A stretch of 64,000 nt of DNA, from the NCBI GenBank assembly GCA_965223845.1, contig CBDCXR010000004.1:3072001-3136000 (forward strand). The letters are read 5' to 3'. A program made the translations under genes and the position numbers. Below, piece after piece: positions 45,958 to 56,560 of this stretch (position 1 is the first letter of the stretch; each line of letters opens with the position of its first letter). The notes below the pieces were generated by a model. The model was not told the origin of the DNA, made no database searches, and saw nothing but the letters and a program-made list of their open reading frames with translations. Origin of the DNA: Planctomycetota bacterium. Lineage in GTDB: Bacteria; Planctomycetota; UBA8108; SXIK01.

Positions 45958-48900
45958 GTGACGAAGACACTCGCGCGAGTCGCAGCACTCGCATTGGTTT
46001 CGATCGGCGGCGTCTCGGCCGGCGAAGAGCGCGCGAGCCCCGCCGCGCCCGACTCCGTCCAATTCTCGGTCCGCTCCGTGCGAACGGGCGATTGGTCGAA
46101 TGCGTCCACGTGGAGCCCGGCCCGGGTTCCGGGGAGCGGTGATCGTGTCCTCGTCGCCGGTGGGACGACCGTCCGCTACGACGTGACGAGCTCTGCCGTG
46201 CTCCGCCTCGTCCAGGTCGTCGGAGTGCTCGAGTTCGCGCGCGATCGAGACACCGAACTGAACGTCGGCCTCCTCAAGATCCAAAACAGCGACGCGTGTC
46301 GCGAGAACGGGTTCGCCTGCGATTTCCACGGCGTGAACGAAGCCGGCGAGCCGCAGATCGGTCCCTCGAGCCGCCGACCGGCGCTCATCGTCGGCACTCC
46401 CGAGAATCCGATTCCACCCGATCGCACAGCGAAGATTCGGCTCCACTTCGTAGAGGGCATGAACGCCGACGACGCTCCCGCTCTCGCGTGCTGCTCCGCG
46501 CGAATGGAGCTCCACGGTGCACCTCTCCGTCGCACGTGGACGAAGCTCGACCGGGACGTCCAGCCGGGGGCATCGAGGGTCCGGGTCGCCGCTGACGTCA
46601 GCGACTGGCGCGTCGGCGACGAGGTGATCGTCACGGGAACCCATCGGAGCGACGGTTTCGGGTCGTTTCGACCCGGCGCGCGGAGAGAGAGGAAAGCTCA
46701 AACGGAACGCCGCCGCGTCGCCACCGTCGACGGCACCGAGCTCGTGCTCGATGCTCCGCTCAAATTCGAGCACTCCGGAAGCGGCGAGTTCCGGAGCGAA
46801 GTCGCAAACCTCTCTCGCAGCGTCGTCGTCGAAAGCGCGGATCCGAACGGGGTGCGCGGCCACACGGTCTACCACCGATTCAGTCGCGGCAGCGTGAGCT
46901 ACGCACGCTTCGCTCACCTCGGGAAGGAAGGCGTCCTCGGACGCTACGCGATTCACTTTCACGTCGTCGGCGACACGATGCGCGGGAGCAGTGTCGTCGG
47001 CGCGGCGATCGTCGATTCCCACAATCGCTGGATCACGGTTCACGGGACGGACTATCTCATCGTCCGCGACTGCGTGGGGTACGGAAGCGTCGGCCACGGC
47101 TTCTTCCTCGAAGACGGGTCGGAGGTCTACAACCTGTTCGAGCGGAATCTCGGCGTCCACGCCTACCGCGGCGAGAGGCTCCCGAAGCAGGTCCTCGGGT
47201 TCGATCCGAACGATGGCGCCGCGTTCTGGTGGGCGAACGGGCGCAACACGTTCGTGCGAAACGTCGCGGTCGAGAACGACGAGTACGGCTTCCGCTACGA
47301 CATGCAGAAAACGTCGCGTTTCGACTCGGAGATCTTTGTCGCACACCCGAGCGGAGGAACGCAGCGCGTCGACGTGCGCACGATCCCGATCTGGCGCTTC
47401 GAGGACAATGAGGCGCACGGAAACTTCGCGGGCATGGTGGTCGCGGCGAACGGGGGCCGTCAGCCCGACGCGCCGATCCGAGACGCCGGGATGCTCCGGC
47501 GCATCCGATCGATCGATTGGACGGGTCCCGATCGCCGCCATCCGCACGTCATCCGCGGCTTCAAGATCTGGGAAAGCCACTACGCGTTTCGCCCACAGAG
47601 CCCGTCGATGCTCATGGAAGGAATCCGAATCGATCGGGCCGCGTACGGGATTTACCGCCCCGCGTTCGACAACCACGTCTACCGCCAGCTCCGAATGTCT
47701 CGCGTGGGACCGGAGCCGTTCAATCGCGGGATGGACGACGCGAGCGCTCAGTTCGGATCGATCACCGTCGACGGCTTCGTGATCGACGACCTCGGCCGCG
47801 GCAACGATCGCCATCCGTACGTCCACATGACGGACAATGCTCTCGCGGCCGGCGCAGAGTGTCACTTCCGCGGCATCGAGATCAAATCCGCCGCTGGTAA
47901 GCGCCCCCTTTTCAACCGCGGCGGCAGCGTCCGCGCTGATCCTTTCGTCGAGCGGGGAGTCCCCTACTACGTTCACGACCACTTCGGACCGGGACGCGAC
48001 GCGCGCATAGTGAGCGCGAAAGCAGTGGATCTTCTCGCGGATGGGAAGGCGTACCGTGAGGAGCGCCCGCTCACCGGAGACGAGTCGCGCATCGCGGAGG
48101 TTGGGGACGTCGAGTGGCCCGAGCTCCTCGATCCGGTCGACGACCTGCCGCCGGCGACGGTCATCACGTCGACTGCGCGCGAAGGGAGTCGGCTTCGCGT
48201 TCGCGGCGTTTCTCACGACAACGGCGAGATCACATCGGTCGTCGTGAGCGGATCGCGAGCGAAGCTGAGCGCGAAGGGGGGAGGAATCTATGATTGGATC
48301 GCGACGATCGACGTTCCTTCCTCCGGTGCCGTCGTCGCTCGCGCGACCGACAAGGCCGGCAACGTCGAGCAGACGCCCCACCGCGTCGATACGCCGCTAC
48401 TCGCGAGCGCGAACGCCGGAACGAAGATTCGCGTCGCCGCGATTTCGTTCGTCCCGAAGAAATTCGGCCTCGACGAGAACGCCGACACCCTCGAGCGAGC
48501 GTACCGCGATGCCGCCGCCGGTGGCGCACAGCTCGCCGTTGCGCCGGAAGGGGCACTCGACGGCTACGTCGTGAACGAGATCATCGCGGGCGACGAGCCG
48601 AGCGCGCGGATGAACGAAGTCGCGATCGCGCTCGACGGTCCGGTGATCCGGCGCTTCCGGACTCTTGCGCGCGAGCTCGCGATGTGCCTCGTTTTCGGCT
48701 TCGCCGAGCGGGAGAACGGAGACGTCTTCAACTGCGCCGTCTTCATCGACGATCGCGGGAAAATCCGCGGCAAGTACCACAAGATGCAGTTCGCCGAAGG
48801 CTACGATTCCGCGTGGTGGTTCAATCGACTCGGGCGCCGGAGTCGGTCGTTCGAGACTCCGTTTGGGCGCTGCGGCATTCTCATCTGCAACGACCGCTGG

Positions 48901-49296
48901 AACCCCGATCTCGCGCGAATTCCGGTTCTCGACGGCGCGCGTTTCTTAATCGTTCCCGCCTTCGGGTCGCGGGCGAAGACCCAGGACGACGCGGTGCTGA
49001 GCCGCGCGCGCGAGAACGACGTCCCGATCGTCGAAGCGAACGTCGGGGTCGGACTCGTGATCGATGGCGGTGAAATCCAGAGCGTCGCTCGCGACGAGGT
49101 CGCTATTGTGCACGGCGAAATCACTGTGCCGCCTCCGACAGCGAGTCGACCCGGAGAGCGCGACGGGGTCGAACGGAAATTTCTCGATTGGCGGCGCGGC
49201 GAGATGGAGCGTCGGCTCGCAAAAACGATGGACCGCATTCGCGAGAAGCGCAGCAAAGCCGCGAGCGAAGCGAAGGCGCGCTCGGCGTCAAATTAG
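45958..49296 (+). CDS. secreted G8-domain / right-handed beta-helix protein fused to a C-terminal carbon-nitrogen hydrolase (nitrilase superfamily)
   Basis: AGGAGG precedes the GTG; signal peptide; G8 start SVRTGDWSNASTW; LGRYAIHFH, SHNRWITVHGT, GHGFFLEDG; Ig-like ATDKAGNVE; CN-hydrolase triad motifs APEG, YHK and LICND. Confidence 0.85.
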   Translation: MTKTLARVAALALVSIGGVSAGEERASPAAPDSVQFSVRSVRTGDWSNASTWSPARVPGSGDRVLVAGGTTVRYDVTSSAVLRLVQVVGVLEFARDRDTELNVGLLKIQNSDACRENGFACDFHGVNEAGEPQIGPSSRRPALIVGTPENPIPPDRTAKIRLHFVEGMNADDAPALACCSARMELHGAPLRRTWTKLDRDVQPGASRVRVAADVSDWRVGDEVIVTGTHRSDGFGSFRPGARRERKAQTERRRVATVDGTELVLDAPLKFEHSGSGEFRSEVANLSRSVVVESADPNGVRGHTVYHRFSRGSVSYARFAHLGKEGVLGRYAIHFHVVGDTMRGSSVVGAAIVDSHNRWITVHGTDYLIVRDCVGYGSVGHGFFLEDGSEVYNLFERNLGVHAYRGERLPKQVLGFDPNDGAAFWWANGRNTFVRNVAVENDEYGFRYDMQKTSRFDSEIFVAHPSGGTQRVDVRTIPIWRFEDNEAHGNFAGMVVAANGGRQPDAPIRDAGMLRRIRSIDWTGPDRRHPHVIRGFKIWESHYAFRPQSPSMLMEGIRIDRAAYGIYRPAFDNHVYRQLRMSRVGPEPFNRGMDDASAQFGSITVDGFVIDDLGRGNDRHPYVHMTDNALAAGAECHFRGIEIKSAAGKRPLFNRGGSVRADPFVERGVPYYVHDHFGPGRDARIVSAKAVDLLADGKAYREERPLTGDESRIAEVGDVEWPELLDPVDDLPPATVITSTAREGSRLRVRGVSHDNGEITSVVVSGSRAKLSAKGGGIYDWIATIDVPSSGAVVARATDKAGNVEQTPHRVDTPLLASANAGTKIRVAAISFVPKKFGLDENADTLERAYRDAAAGGAQLAVAPEGALDGYVVNEIIAGDEPSARMNEVAIALDGPVIRRFRTLARELAMCLVFGFAERENGDVFNCAVFIDDRGKIRGKYHKMQFAEGYDSAWWFNRLGRRSRSFETPFGRCGILICNDRWNPDLARIPVLDGARFLIVPAFGSRAKTQDDAVLSRARENDVPIVEANVGVGLVIDGGEIQSVARDEVAIVHGEITVPPPTASRPGERDGVERKFLDWRRGEMERRLAKTMDRIREKRSKAASEAKARSASN

Positions 49297-50634
49297 CTCG
49301 TCGATCGGATCGCGGTGATCGAGTAGGTACTGCGGGCGTCCGCTGTGATCCTCGAGCGTCGCCGTGTGCGTGTCGATGCCGAGACGATCGTACAGGGTCG
49401 CGAACACGTTCTGATAGTGGACGGGTCGGTCCTTCGGCTCCTCGGCGTAGCGATTCGTTGAGCCGATCACCTGTCCGGTGCGCATTCCGCCGCCCGCGAG
49501 GATCGCGCACGAGGCCCGCGGCCAGTGGTCACGTCCCCCACCCTTGTTGATCTTCGGCGTGCGGCCGAACTCGCCCCACGCGATTACGCTCACGTCCTTC
49601 TCGAGTCCGCGGTCGTGCAAATCCTGGACGAGGGCGGTGAGCCCTTGATCGAGCTTCGCCATCTGAATCGGAAGTCGCGTGAAGTTCGCGCCGTGGCGAT
49701 CCCAGCTTCCGAACGAGAGCGTCACACAGCGCACTCCCGCTTCGACGAGACGGCGCGCCATGAGGAACTGATCCATCCAATGCGGCCCCGCGTCCTCGCC
49801 GAAGGCCGGCGACGCGCTCCCGCGGCCGTAGCGGTCGCGGATCCGCGGATCCTCCCGCTCGAGGTCCATCGCCTCGACGAGGCGGCTCGACGTGAGCACT
49901 TCGAACGCGCGCTGGCGATAGATCCCGGCCGTCTCTACGTTTTCACTGACGTCGAGACGACGGCGAAATTGATCGAGGCTCGCGAGGAGCTGCTTCCGAT
50001 CGCCCAGTCGGTCGAGCGTGACGCCCTGGAGCGTCATGTCGTCCATACCTTGGCTCTGAGGCTGGAACGGCGCGTGCGCCGCGCCAAGAAAACCCGGAAG
50101 CCCGGGATTCGAGTACGGCGCGTGACGCGTCTTGATGGTCAGCCCGACGAACGGCGGTACGCTGCGATCGACCGGGCCGTAGATCTTCGAGAGCGCCGAT
50201 CCGAGGGACGGCATCCCCGATTGATTCTTCCCGCGGCCGATGGGATGTCCGCTGAGGCACAAATCCGAGGCGTGCTGATCGGGACAACCATGGAGCGACC
50301 GGATGATGGCGAACTTGTCCATCATTCTCGCGAGACGCGGCATGTGCTCGCAGATTTCGATCCCGGAGACGTTCGTACGGATCGGCTTGAACGTCCCGCG
50401 GATCTCGGACGGCGCGTCGGGCTTCAGGTCGACGGTGTCCTGATGCGACGGACCACCCGAAAGGAAGATCATGATGATCGCCTTGTGCCCGAGGCCGCCG
50501 TCCGCATTTGCGCTCTGCGCGCGCAGGACTTCGGGAAGCGAGAGGCCTCCGAGCGCGAGGCCGCCGAGGCGAAGAAACGCCCGGCGATGGAAACCGTCGC
50601 AGAAGCGATCGCCCCGTCCGTAAATCGTCAGCAT
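49288..50634 (-). CDS. DUF1501 domain-containing protein (Tat signal)
   Basis: GAGGAG precedes ATG 50634; HRRAFL twin-arginine motif; IFLSGGPSH, ARRLVEAGV, WDRH, WGEFGRTP and GRDHWP motifs. The 3' end overlaps the convergent gene by 9 nt. Confidence 0.92.
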   Translation of the reverse strand: MLTIYGRGDRFCDGFHRRAFLRLGGLALGGLSLPEVLRAQSANADGGLGHKAIIMIFLSGGPSHQDTVDLKPDAPSEIRGTFKPIRTNVSGIEICEHMPRLARMMDKFAIIRSLHGCPDQHASDLCLSGHPIGRGKNQSGMPSLGSALSKIYGPVDRSVPPFVGLTIKTRHAPYSNPGLPGFLGAAHAPFQPQSQGMDDMTLQGVTLDRLGDRKQLLASLDQFRRRLDVSENVETAGIYRQRAFEVLTSSRLVEAMDLEREDPRIRDRYGRGSASPAFGEDAGPHWMDQFLMARRLVEAGVRCVTLSFGSWDRHGANFTRLPIQMAKLDQGLTALVQDLHDRGLEKDVSVIAWGEFGRTPKINKGGGRDHWPRASCAILAGGGMRTGQVIGSTNRYAEEPKDRPVHYQNVFATLYDRLGIDTHTATLEDHSGRPQYLLDHRDPIDELI

Positions 50635-50724
50635 GCGATCTCCTCGGATCGGAATCCGTAGAACCTGACGCAGCGGCGAGATGGTATCCGAACTCCCCAC
50701 CGGACGGAAGCGATGTCGATGGCC

Positions 50725-51855
50725 TCAGTCGCCCTTTCGCCGGCGGTTTTCACGCTGGATCGCGCGGTAGCTCCGGTGAATCGCGCGCATGCGCTTCGTC
50801 TCGAGTGAACGCGCGGCGGCGTCGCGCCGCGTCTCGTGATAGCGCAGCTCACGGAGGAGCTTTTGGTAGCTTTCGAGCCTCTCGGCACCGAGCGCTCCCG
50901 CGTCGATCGCCGCGCGGACCGCGCATCCCGGTTCCGTATCGTGGGCGCAATCGCGGAATCGACACTGCTCCGCGAGCTCGATGATCTCTTCAAAAGTGGC
51001 GTCGGCGCCTTCGGTCGCATCCCAGAGCTGGAGCTCGCGCATACCGGGTGTATCGAGGACGAGCCCACCATCCTCGAGAAGGAAGAGCTGGCGTCGAGTC
51101 GTCGTGTGCCGGCCGCGGTCGTCGCCCGGTCGTACCGACTGAACGTCCTGAACCGCTCGACCGAGGAGCGCGTTGATGATCGTCGACTTCCCGACGCCCG
51201 AGGAGCCGACGAACCCGACCGTGCAGCCCCGGCCGAGATAAGTTCTCACGACGTCCAGCCCGTCTCCCCTGAGCGCACTCACGAGGTGAACCGGCGCGAC
51301 CGGAACCGCAGCCTCGACTTCCACTAGAACGGCGTCGGCGTCCTCGATGACGTCGGCCTTGTTGAGGACGACGACCGGCTTCGCTCCACTCTCCCACGTG
51401 GCGGTGAGGTACCGCTCGATTCGGCGCAGGTTGTAGTCTCCATCGAGGCCGGTCACTAAGAAAACGTAGTCGAGATTCGCAGCGACGACCTGCTCTTCGG
51501 TGCGATCCCCCGCCGCTTGCCGGGAGAAGCTCGATCGCCGGGATAGCACGGCGTGGATCGACGCGCGTCCGCCCGCGTCCGGCGCGCGCACCGCCACCCA
51601 GTCACCGACCGCGGGATAATCCCGCGGGCCGACCGCCTGGTGACGCAGCCGACCGGCGATCTCGGCGGCGCACTCGCCATCCGGTGTCCCTACGAAGTAG
51701 AGATCTCTCTCGCGCAGCATCACTCGCGCCGGCGCGAGTCCTTCGGATTCGAAACGAACAAACGCGCGCTCGAAGTGTTCGTTCCAGCCGAGGTCCACAA
51801 GCCCGCGATGGACGTCGTTCACTTCACCCTCCCACGTAGCAGCGAAGGCGCTCAT
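50725..51855 (-). CDS. rsgA: ribosome small subunit-dependent GTPase A
   Basis: Circularly permuted GTPase motifs NKAD, GSSGVGKS, GRHTT, DTPG; zinc finger CRFRDCAH..EPGC; OB-fold AVGDWV. Alternative start GTG 51822. Confidence 0.95.
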   Translation of the reverse strand: MSAFAATWEGEVNDVHRGLVDLGWNEHFERAFVRFESEGLAPARVMLRERDLYFVGTPDGECAAEIAGRLRHQAVGPRDYPAVGDWVAVRAPDAGGRASIHAVLSRRSSFSRQAAGDRTEEQVVAANLDYVFLVTGLDGDYNLRRIERYLTATWESGAKPVVVLNKADVIEDADAVLVEVEAAVPVAPVHLVSALRGDGLDVVRTYLGRGCTVGFVGSSGVGKSTIINALLGRAVQDVQSVRPGDDRGRHTTTRRQLFLLEDGGLVLDTPGMRELQLWDATEGADATFEEIIELAEQCRFRDCAHDTEPGCAVRAAIDAGALGAERLESYQKLLRELRYHETRRDAAARSLETKRMRAIHRSYRAIQRENRRRKGD

Positions 51856-52072
51856 TCTCCGGCATGGCGCAAGAGAATGCTACTCGCGCCCAAGCGGAAG
51901 AGCCGCGCACCAAAGAGGGCGATGAACGCGTCACGAAAATCTTGCCGACCATCGACCCGAGACGCGAGCAATCCCGGGGATTTTCGCGGCTTCACGAGCT
52001 TGGCACTCGGTAGAATTCAGGGATTGTTCCGTCCCCTCACTGATCGTTTTTGCCCGCCGTTCGATCGTCACC

Positions 52073-54952
52073 ATGAATTCTCGCCACCGCGTCGCGGCGT
52101 CGTTCCTCTTCGTCGCGGCCATCGCGCTTCTCAGCGCTCCGCTTCGAGCGGACGAAAGCTCGCGATCCTCCTCCGTCGACTTCGCACGGGAAGTCCTCCC
52201 GATCCTCTCCGACAAGTGCTTCGCCTGCCACGGACCCGGCGCGGAAAAGAAGGACTTCCTCCGACTCGACTCGTTCGAGGGAGCGACGAGCGACCGCGGC
52301 GGCTACCGCGCGATCGATTCGTCGGAGCCCAAAAAGAGCGAAGTGCTCGTGCGGATCCATGACCGCGATGACCCGATGCCGCCGCGAAAAGCGGAGCGGC
52401 AGCTCACCGACCGCGAGCGCGCGGTCATCACGCGCTGGATACTGAGCGGCGGGAAGTACGCCGAGCACTGGGCGTTCGTTCCGCCGCGAGAAGCGGCTCC
52501 GCGCGAGACGGCGGAGCGCGCGGGGAGCACGAACCCGATCGACGCCTTCGTATTCGAGCAACTCGCCGAACGGGGAATCGAGTTCGCTCCTGAGGCCGAC
52601 CGGGCGACTCTCGCCCGCCGCGTGTCGCTCGTGCTCACCGGCCTTCCGCCCGAGCCGGAGCAGCTCGCCAGGTTCCTCGCGGACGTGCGACCCGACGCGT
52701 ACGAGCGGCTCGTCGATGAACTTCTCGCTAGCCCTCGTTACGGCGAGCACCAGGCACGCTACTGGCTCGACGCGATCCGCTACGGCGACACTCACGGCCT
52801 CCACCTCGACAACCGCCGCGGAATCTACCCCTACCGCGACTGGGTGATTCACGCGTTCAACGACAATCTGCCGCTCGATCGGTTTCTCACCGTCCAGCTC
52901 GCTGGTGATTTGCTGCCGAATCCTTCTCTCGGAGATCTCGTTGCGACTGGATTCGTCCGCATGAACCCGACAACGTCCGAGGGAGGAGCGCTGCCGGAAG
53001 AATTTCAGGCGAAGAATAACTTCGATCGCACGGAGACTCTCGGCACCGCCCTCCTCGGAATGACACTCACGTGCGCGCGTTGTCACACCCACAAGTACGA
53101 TCCGATTCCGCAAACCGAGTACTACCGACTCCTCGCGTTCTTCAACAGCACCGCGGAGCGCTCGATGGACGGAAACTCGTACACCTACGGTCCGGTGATT
53201 CGCGCGCCGGCGGATCAGACCGCTTGGAGCGAGTGGCAGGCGCTCGAGTCGACACGAGCCGCGCTGCTCTCCGCGGCGGAGACGGCGGTGCGTGCGAGGG
53301 GGAAGGACCTACTCACATTCGCCGTCGACAGTACGGAGTGGCGAACGAAGAATTGGCGATTGAGCGCGGCGCTCCCGGCCTCGGCGCCCGCGCCGAGCTT
53401 CGACGAGGCGAAGCCGATCGAAGGACTCCCCGGCGCGCTCAAGGAGAAGCTCCCGAAGACGGAGGAGGCGGTTTGGGCTAGGTTCGAGATCGAATCGACG
53501 GCAGCGCACCTCGTCCTTCTCAGCTTTTCCGGCGCCGCCGGGTCGGAAGTCTGGCTCGGGAGCGCGAAGGTCTCGGCGGTGTCCACCCACGCGACCGGTG
53601 AACGCGTCACCGAGGTTCCGCTCGCGCTCCCCGGCGGCTCCCATCGAGTTCGCATCAAGATGGTGGGCGCCGGACGCAGATCGAACATCGAAGTCCAGCT
53701 CCGGAATCCGTGGACCGCCTACGCGCAATCGAAGAGCTGGCGAGGTGCGACGGCGTCCGATCGTTTGTGGATGCTCGCCGACGAGGCGTCGCCATTCCGG
53801 CCGCTCAACCTCTTCGAGCTCGCGCGCGCCACCGCGCGCCACACCGCGATGGCAGAGTCGCGGTTCACGACGAGCCTCGTCGCGCGTGATCTCGATCAGC
53901 CGCGGCCGACGCGCCTCCTTCGGCGCGGCGAGTACAATCTCCCGATCGGAGAGCCTCTCGAGCCCGGAATCCTCTCGGTGATGGGAGCGTTTCCCGAGGA
54001 CGCACCTCGCAACCGACTCGGCCTGGCCCGCTGGCTGACTTCGCGCGATCACCCACTCGTTGCCCGCGTGCTCGTCAATCGCATTTGGCAGCGAATCTAC
54101 GGCGACGGGATCGTTCGTACGCCGGAAGACTTCGGCCGCCAGGGAGAGCAGCCGACGCACCCCGAGCTTCTCGATTGGCTCGCGGTAACGCTTCAAGACG
54201 ACGGCTGGGACATGAAGACGACGATCCGCCGGATGGTGACGAGCCGAACATTCCGTCAGAGCTCGAAACGACGCAAGGTCGTCGACGATCCGGAAAACCG
54301 TCTCTTTGCCCGCGGGCCGAGCTACCGCCTCGACGCCGAAGTTCTCCGCGACGTCGGACTGTGGGCGAGCGGTCTCCTCCTCCCCGACATGGGCGGTGAG
54401 GGCGTCAAGCCGTACCAGCCGGACGGTCTCTGGTCGGCGCTCGCGCACCCCGCGAGCAATACCAAGAAATACGTCCGCGACAAGGGCGAGAAGCTCTATC
54501 GCCGATCGATCTACGTCTACTGGAAGCGAACGAGCCCGCACCCGATGATGACGCTCTTCGACGCGCCGAGCCGCGAGTCGAGCTGCGTACGGCGATCGCG
54601 AACGGACACCTCGCTCCAGTCACTCGCACTCTTCAACGAGACCCAGCGAACGGAGATGGCGCGAGTTCTCGCCGGACGGATTCTCCGCGAACGCACGGTC
54701 GACACGGAGCGCCTCGACCTTCTCTTCGGACTCCTCGCTTGTCGCTCGCCGACGGACGTCGAGCGGCGCGCGTGCGAAGCCCTACTCGCGGCGTCGCGCG
54801 CACGATTTACGGCAGTGAGCGGAGATGCCGAATCTCTGCTCGCGATCGGCGACGCTCCGCGCGCGGAAACGATGTCCGCCGCCGATCTCGCCGCGTGGAC
54901 GCAAGTCACGACGACGGTGCTCGCGAGCGATGTCGCGATCCTTCTCTATTGA
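52073..54952 (+). CDS. planctomycete cytochrome c / DUF1549 / DUF1553 (PSCyt1-PSCyt2-PSD1) protein
   Basis: Signal peptide; ILSDKCFACHG; HWAFVPP, NPIDAF, YGE..ARYWLD..RYGDT; CARCH.HKYDP; ARVLVNRIW, PTHPELLDWLA, RRSIY, FDAP. Confidence 0.93.
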   Translation: MNSRHRVAASFLFVAAIALLSAPLRADESSRSSSVDFAREVLPILSDKCFACHGPGAEKKDFLRLDSFEGATSDRGGYRAIDSSEPKKSEVLVRIHDRDDPMPPRKAERQLTDRERAVITRWILSGGKYAEHWAFVPPREAAPRETAERAGSTNPIDAFVFEQLAERGIEFAPEADRATLARRVSLVLTGLPPEPEQLARFLADVRPDAYERLVDELLASPRYGEHQARYWLDAIRYGDTHGLHLDNRRGIYPYRDWVIHAFNDNLPLDRFLTVQLAGDLLPNPSLGDLVATGFVRMNPTTSEGGALPEEFQAKNNFDRTETLGTALLGMTLTCARCHTHKYDPIPQTEYYRLLAFFNSTAERSMDGNSYTYGPVIRAPADQTAWSEWQALESTRAALLSAAETAVRARGKDLLTFAVDSTEWRTKNWRLSAALPASAPAPSFDEAKPIEGLPGALKEKLPKTEEAVWARFEIESTAAHLVLLSFSGAAGSEVWLGSAKVSAVSTHATGERVTEVPLALPGGSHRVRIKMVGAGRRSNIEVQLRNPWTAYAQSKSWRGATASDRLWMLADEASPFRPLNLFELARATARHTAMAESRFTTSLVARDLDQPRPTRLLRRGEYNLPIGEPLEPGILSVMGAFPEDAPRNRLGLARWLTSRDHPLVARVLVNRIWQRIYGDGIVRTPEDFGRQGEQPTHPELLDWLAVTLQDDGWDMKTTIRRMVTSRTFRQSSKRRKVVDDPENRLFARGPSYRLDAEVLRDVGLWASGLLLPDMGGEGVKPYQPDGLWSALAHPASNTKKYVRDKGEKLYRRSIYVYWKRTSPHPMMTLFDAPSRESSCVRRSRTDTSLQSLALFNETQRTEMARVLAGRILRERTVDTERLDLLFGLLACRSPTDVERRACEALLAASRARFTAVSGDAESLLAIGDAPRAETMSAADLAAWTQVTTTVLASDVAILLY

Positions 54953-55018
54953 AACGAGGCTCTCGGTCCCTCGACCGAGTCGCCACCCTCGAATCACCGC
55001 CAAGGCCGAACTCGATTC

Positions 55019-56524
55019 ATGAACGACGCCCACCCCCAACGCGAACTCGAACTCCTGATGACCCGCCGGCAGCTCTTCGGCCGGTCGGCTCTCGGCGTCG
55101 GCACCGCGGCGCTCGCCGGCTTGCTCGGCGACCGGCTCGTCGCGTCCGAAAACGCCGGGCGCGATGGGCTACACCATCCCGCGAAAGCGAAGCGCGTCAT
55201 CTACCTCTTCATGAGCGGCGGCCCGAGCCACCACGATCTCTGGGACTACAAGCCGAAAATGCGCGACATGTTCGGTGAGCAGCTCCCGGATCACGTACGC
55301 GACGGCCAGCGCATCACGGGGATGACCAGCAATCAGAGAAACGGTCTTCCCGTCGCGCCGTCGAAGTACAAGTTCACTCGCTACGACAACAATGATCGCG
55401 GCGTCTGGATCAGCGAGCTCCTCCCGCACACGGCGAAAGTCGCAAGCGAGCTCTGCGTCGTCCACTCTGCGTTTACCGAGGCGATCAATCACGATCCGGC
55501 GATCACCTACATTCAGACAGGGAGCCAGATTCCCGGCCGTCCGAGCCTCGGCGCGTGGGTGAGCTACGGCCTCGGGAGCCTCAACGAGAATCTGCCCGGC
55601 TACGTCGTCATGCACGCGCGGAGCCGTTTCCCCGAGCAGAGCCTGTTCAATCGCCTCTGGGGAACGGGATTCATGCCTTCTCAGCACCAAGGCATTCTTC
55701 TCCGCAGCCAAGGAGACCCGGTTCTCTACCTCAGCAATCCAGCGGGAGTGACACGCGAGGACCGCCGAGCCCAGCTCGACGCGCTCGCGGCGATCAACGG
55801 CGAGCAGTACGCCCGGTTCGCGCATCCAGAGATCCTCTCGCGCATCGAGCAGCACGAGATGGCGTACCGTATGCAGGCTTCCGTGCCCGAGCTGATGGAC
55901 CTCTCCGGCGAGAGCGACCGGACGTTCGAGCTCTACGGTGAAGAGGCGCGCGAGCCCGGGACGTTCGCGGCGTGCTGCCTGAATGCGCGCCGCCTCGCGG
56001 AGAGAGGCGTACGCAACATTCAGATCTTTCACCGGGGCTGGGACGCGCACGGCAACCTTCCGCGCGAGCACGAGTCGCAGTGTAAGGACATCGACCAAGG
56101 CTGTGCGGCACTCATCACGGACCTCAAGAGTCGCGGGATGCTCGACGACACCCTCGTCGTCTGGGGCGGCGAGTTCGGACGCACGGCCTACTGCCAAGGC
56201 GGCCTATCGCGGGCGAACTACGGCCGGGACCACCATCCCCGGTGCTTCTCGGTTTGGTTCGCGGGCGGAGGCATCAAGCCGGGGATCACCTACGGCCGGA
56301 CGGACGACTACGGCTACAACATCGTCGATGCGGACGGCAACACGCTCACGCCGCAGCCGACGAAAGAGCACTGGACGCCCGGGACGATGCATGTCCACGA
56401 TCTCAACGCGACGATTCTCCACCTCCTCGGCATCGATCATCGCCGGCTCACGTTTCGTTACCAGGGGCGAGAGTTCCGCCTCACGGACATTCACGGCCAC
56501 GTGATCGACGACATCCTCGCTTGA
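55019..56524 (+). CDS. DUF1501 domain-containing protein (Tat signal), partner of the DUF1553 gene
   Basis: TRRQLF twin-arginine motif; AKRVIYLFMSGGPSH, INHDPA, ARRLAERGV, WGGEFGRT, GRDHHP and RLTD motifs. Confidence 0.94.
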   Translation: MNDAHPQRELELLMTRRQLFGRSALGVGTAALAGLLGDRLVASENAGRDGLHHPAKAKRVIYLFMSGGPSHHDLWDYKPKMRDMFGEQLPDHVRDGQRITGMTSNQRNGLPVAPSKYKFTRYDNNDRGVWISELLPHTAKVASELCVVHSAFTEAINHDPAITYIQTGSQIPGRPSLGAWVSYGLGSLNENLPGYVVMHARSRFPEQSLFNRLWGTGFMPSQHQGILLRSQGDPVLYLSNPAGVTREDRRAQLDALAAINGEQYARFAHPEILSRIEQHEMAYRMQASVPELMDLSGESDRTFELYGEEAREPGTFAACCLNARRLAERGVRNIQIFHRGWDAHGNLPREHESQCKDIDQGCAALITDLKSRGMLDDTLVVWGGEFGRTAYCQGGLSRANYGRDHHPRCFSVWFAGGGIKPGITYGRTDDYGYNIVDADGNTLTPQPTKEHWTPGTMHVHDLNATILHLLGIDHRRLTFRYQGREFRLTDIHGHVIDDILA

Positions 56525-56560
56525 TCGAGCGGCGGTTCGTTTCGAGCCATCCGGCCGAAC

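Noticed and set aside
45913-48381. 822-aa minus-strand ORF antisense to the G8 protein
   Set aside because: Antisense shadow with no recognisable domain or RBS.
49288-49296. 9-nt overlap of convergent gene ends
   Set aside because: Common in compact genomes; no evidence of function.
52000-52016. TTGGCAC...TAGAAT as a sigma54 or sigma70 promoter for the DUF1553 gene
   Set aside because: The -12 TTGC of sigma54 is absent, and no properly spaced -35 accompanies TAGAAT.
52073-56524. DUF1553 + DUF1501 gene pair as a novel system
   Set aside because: A very common, already recognised planctomycete gene pair; uncharacterised but not specific to this window.
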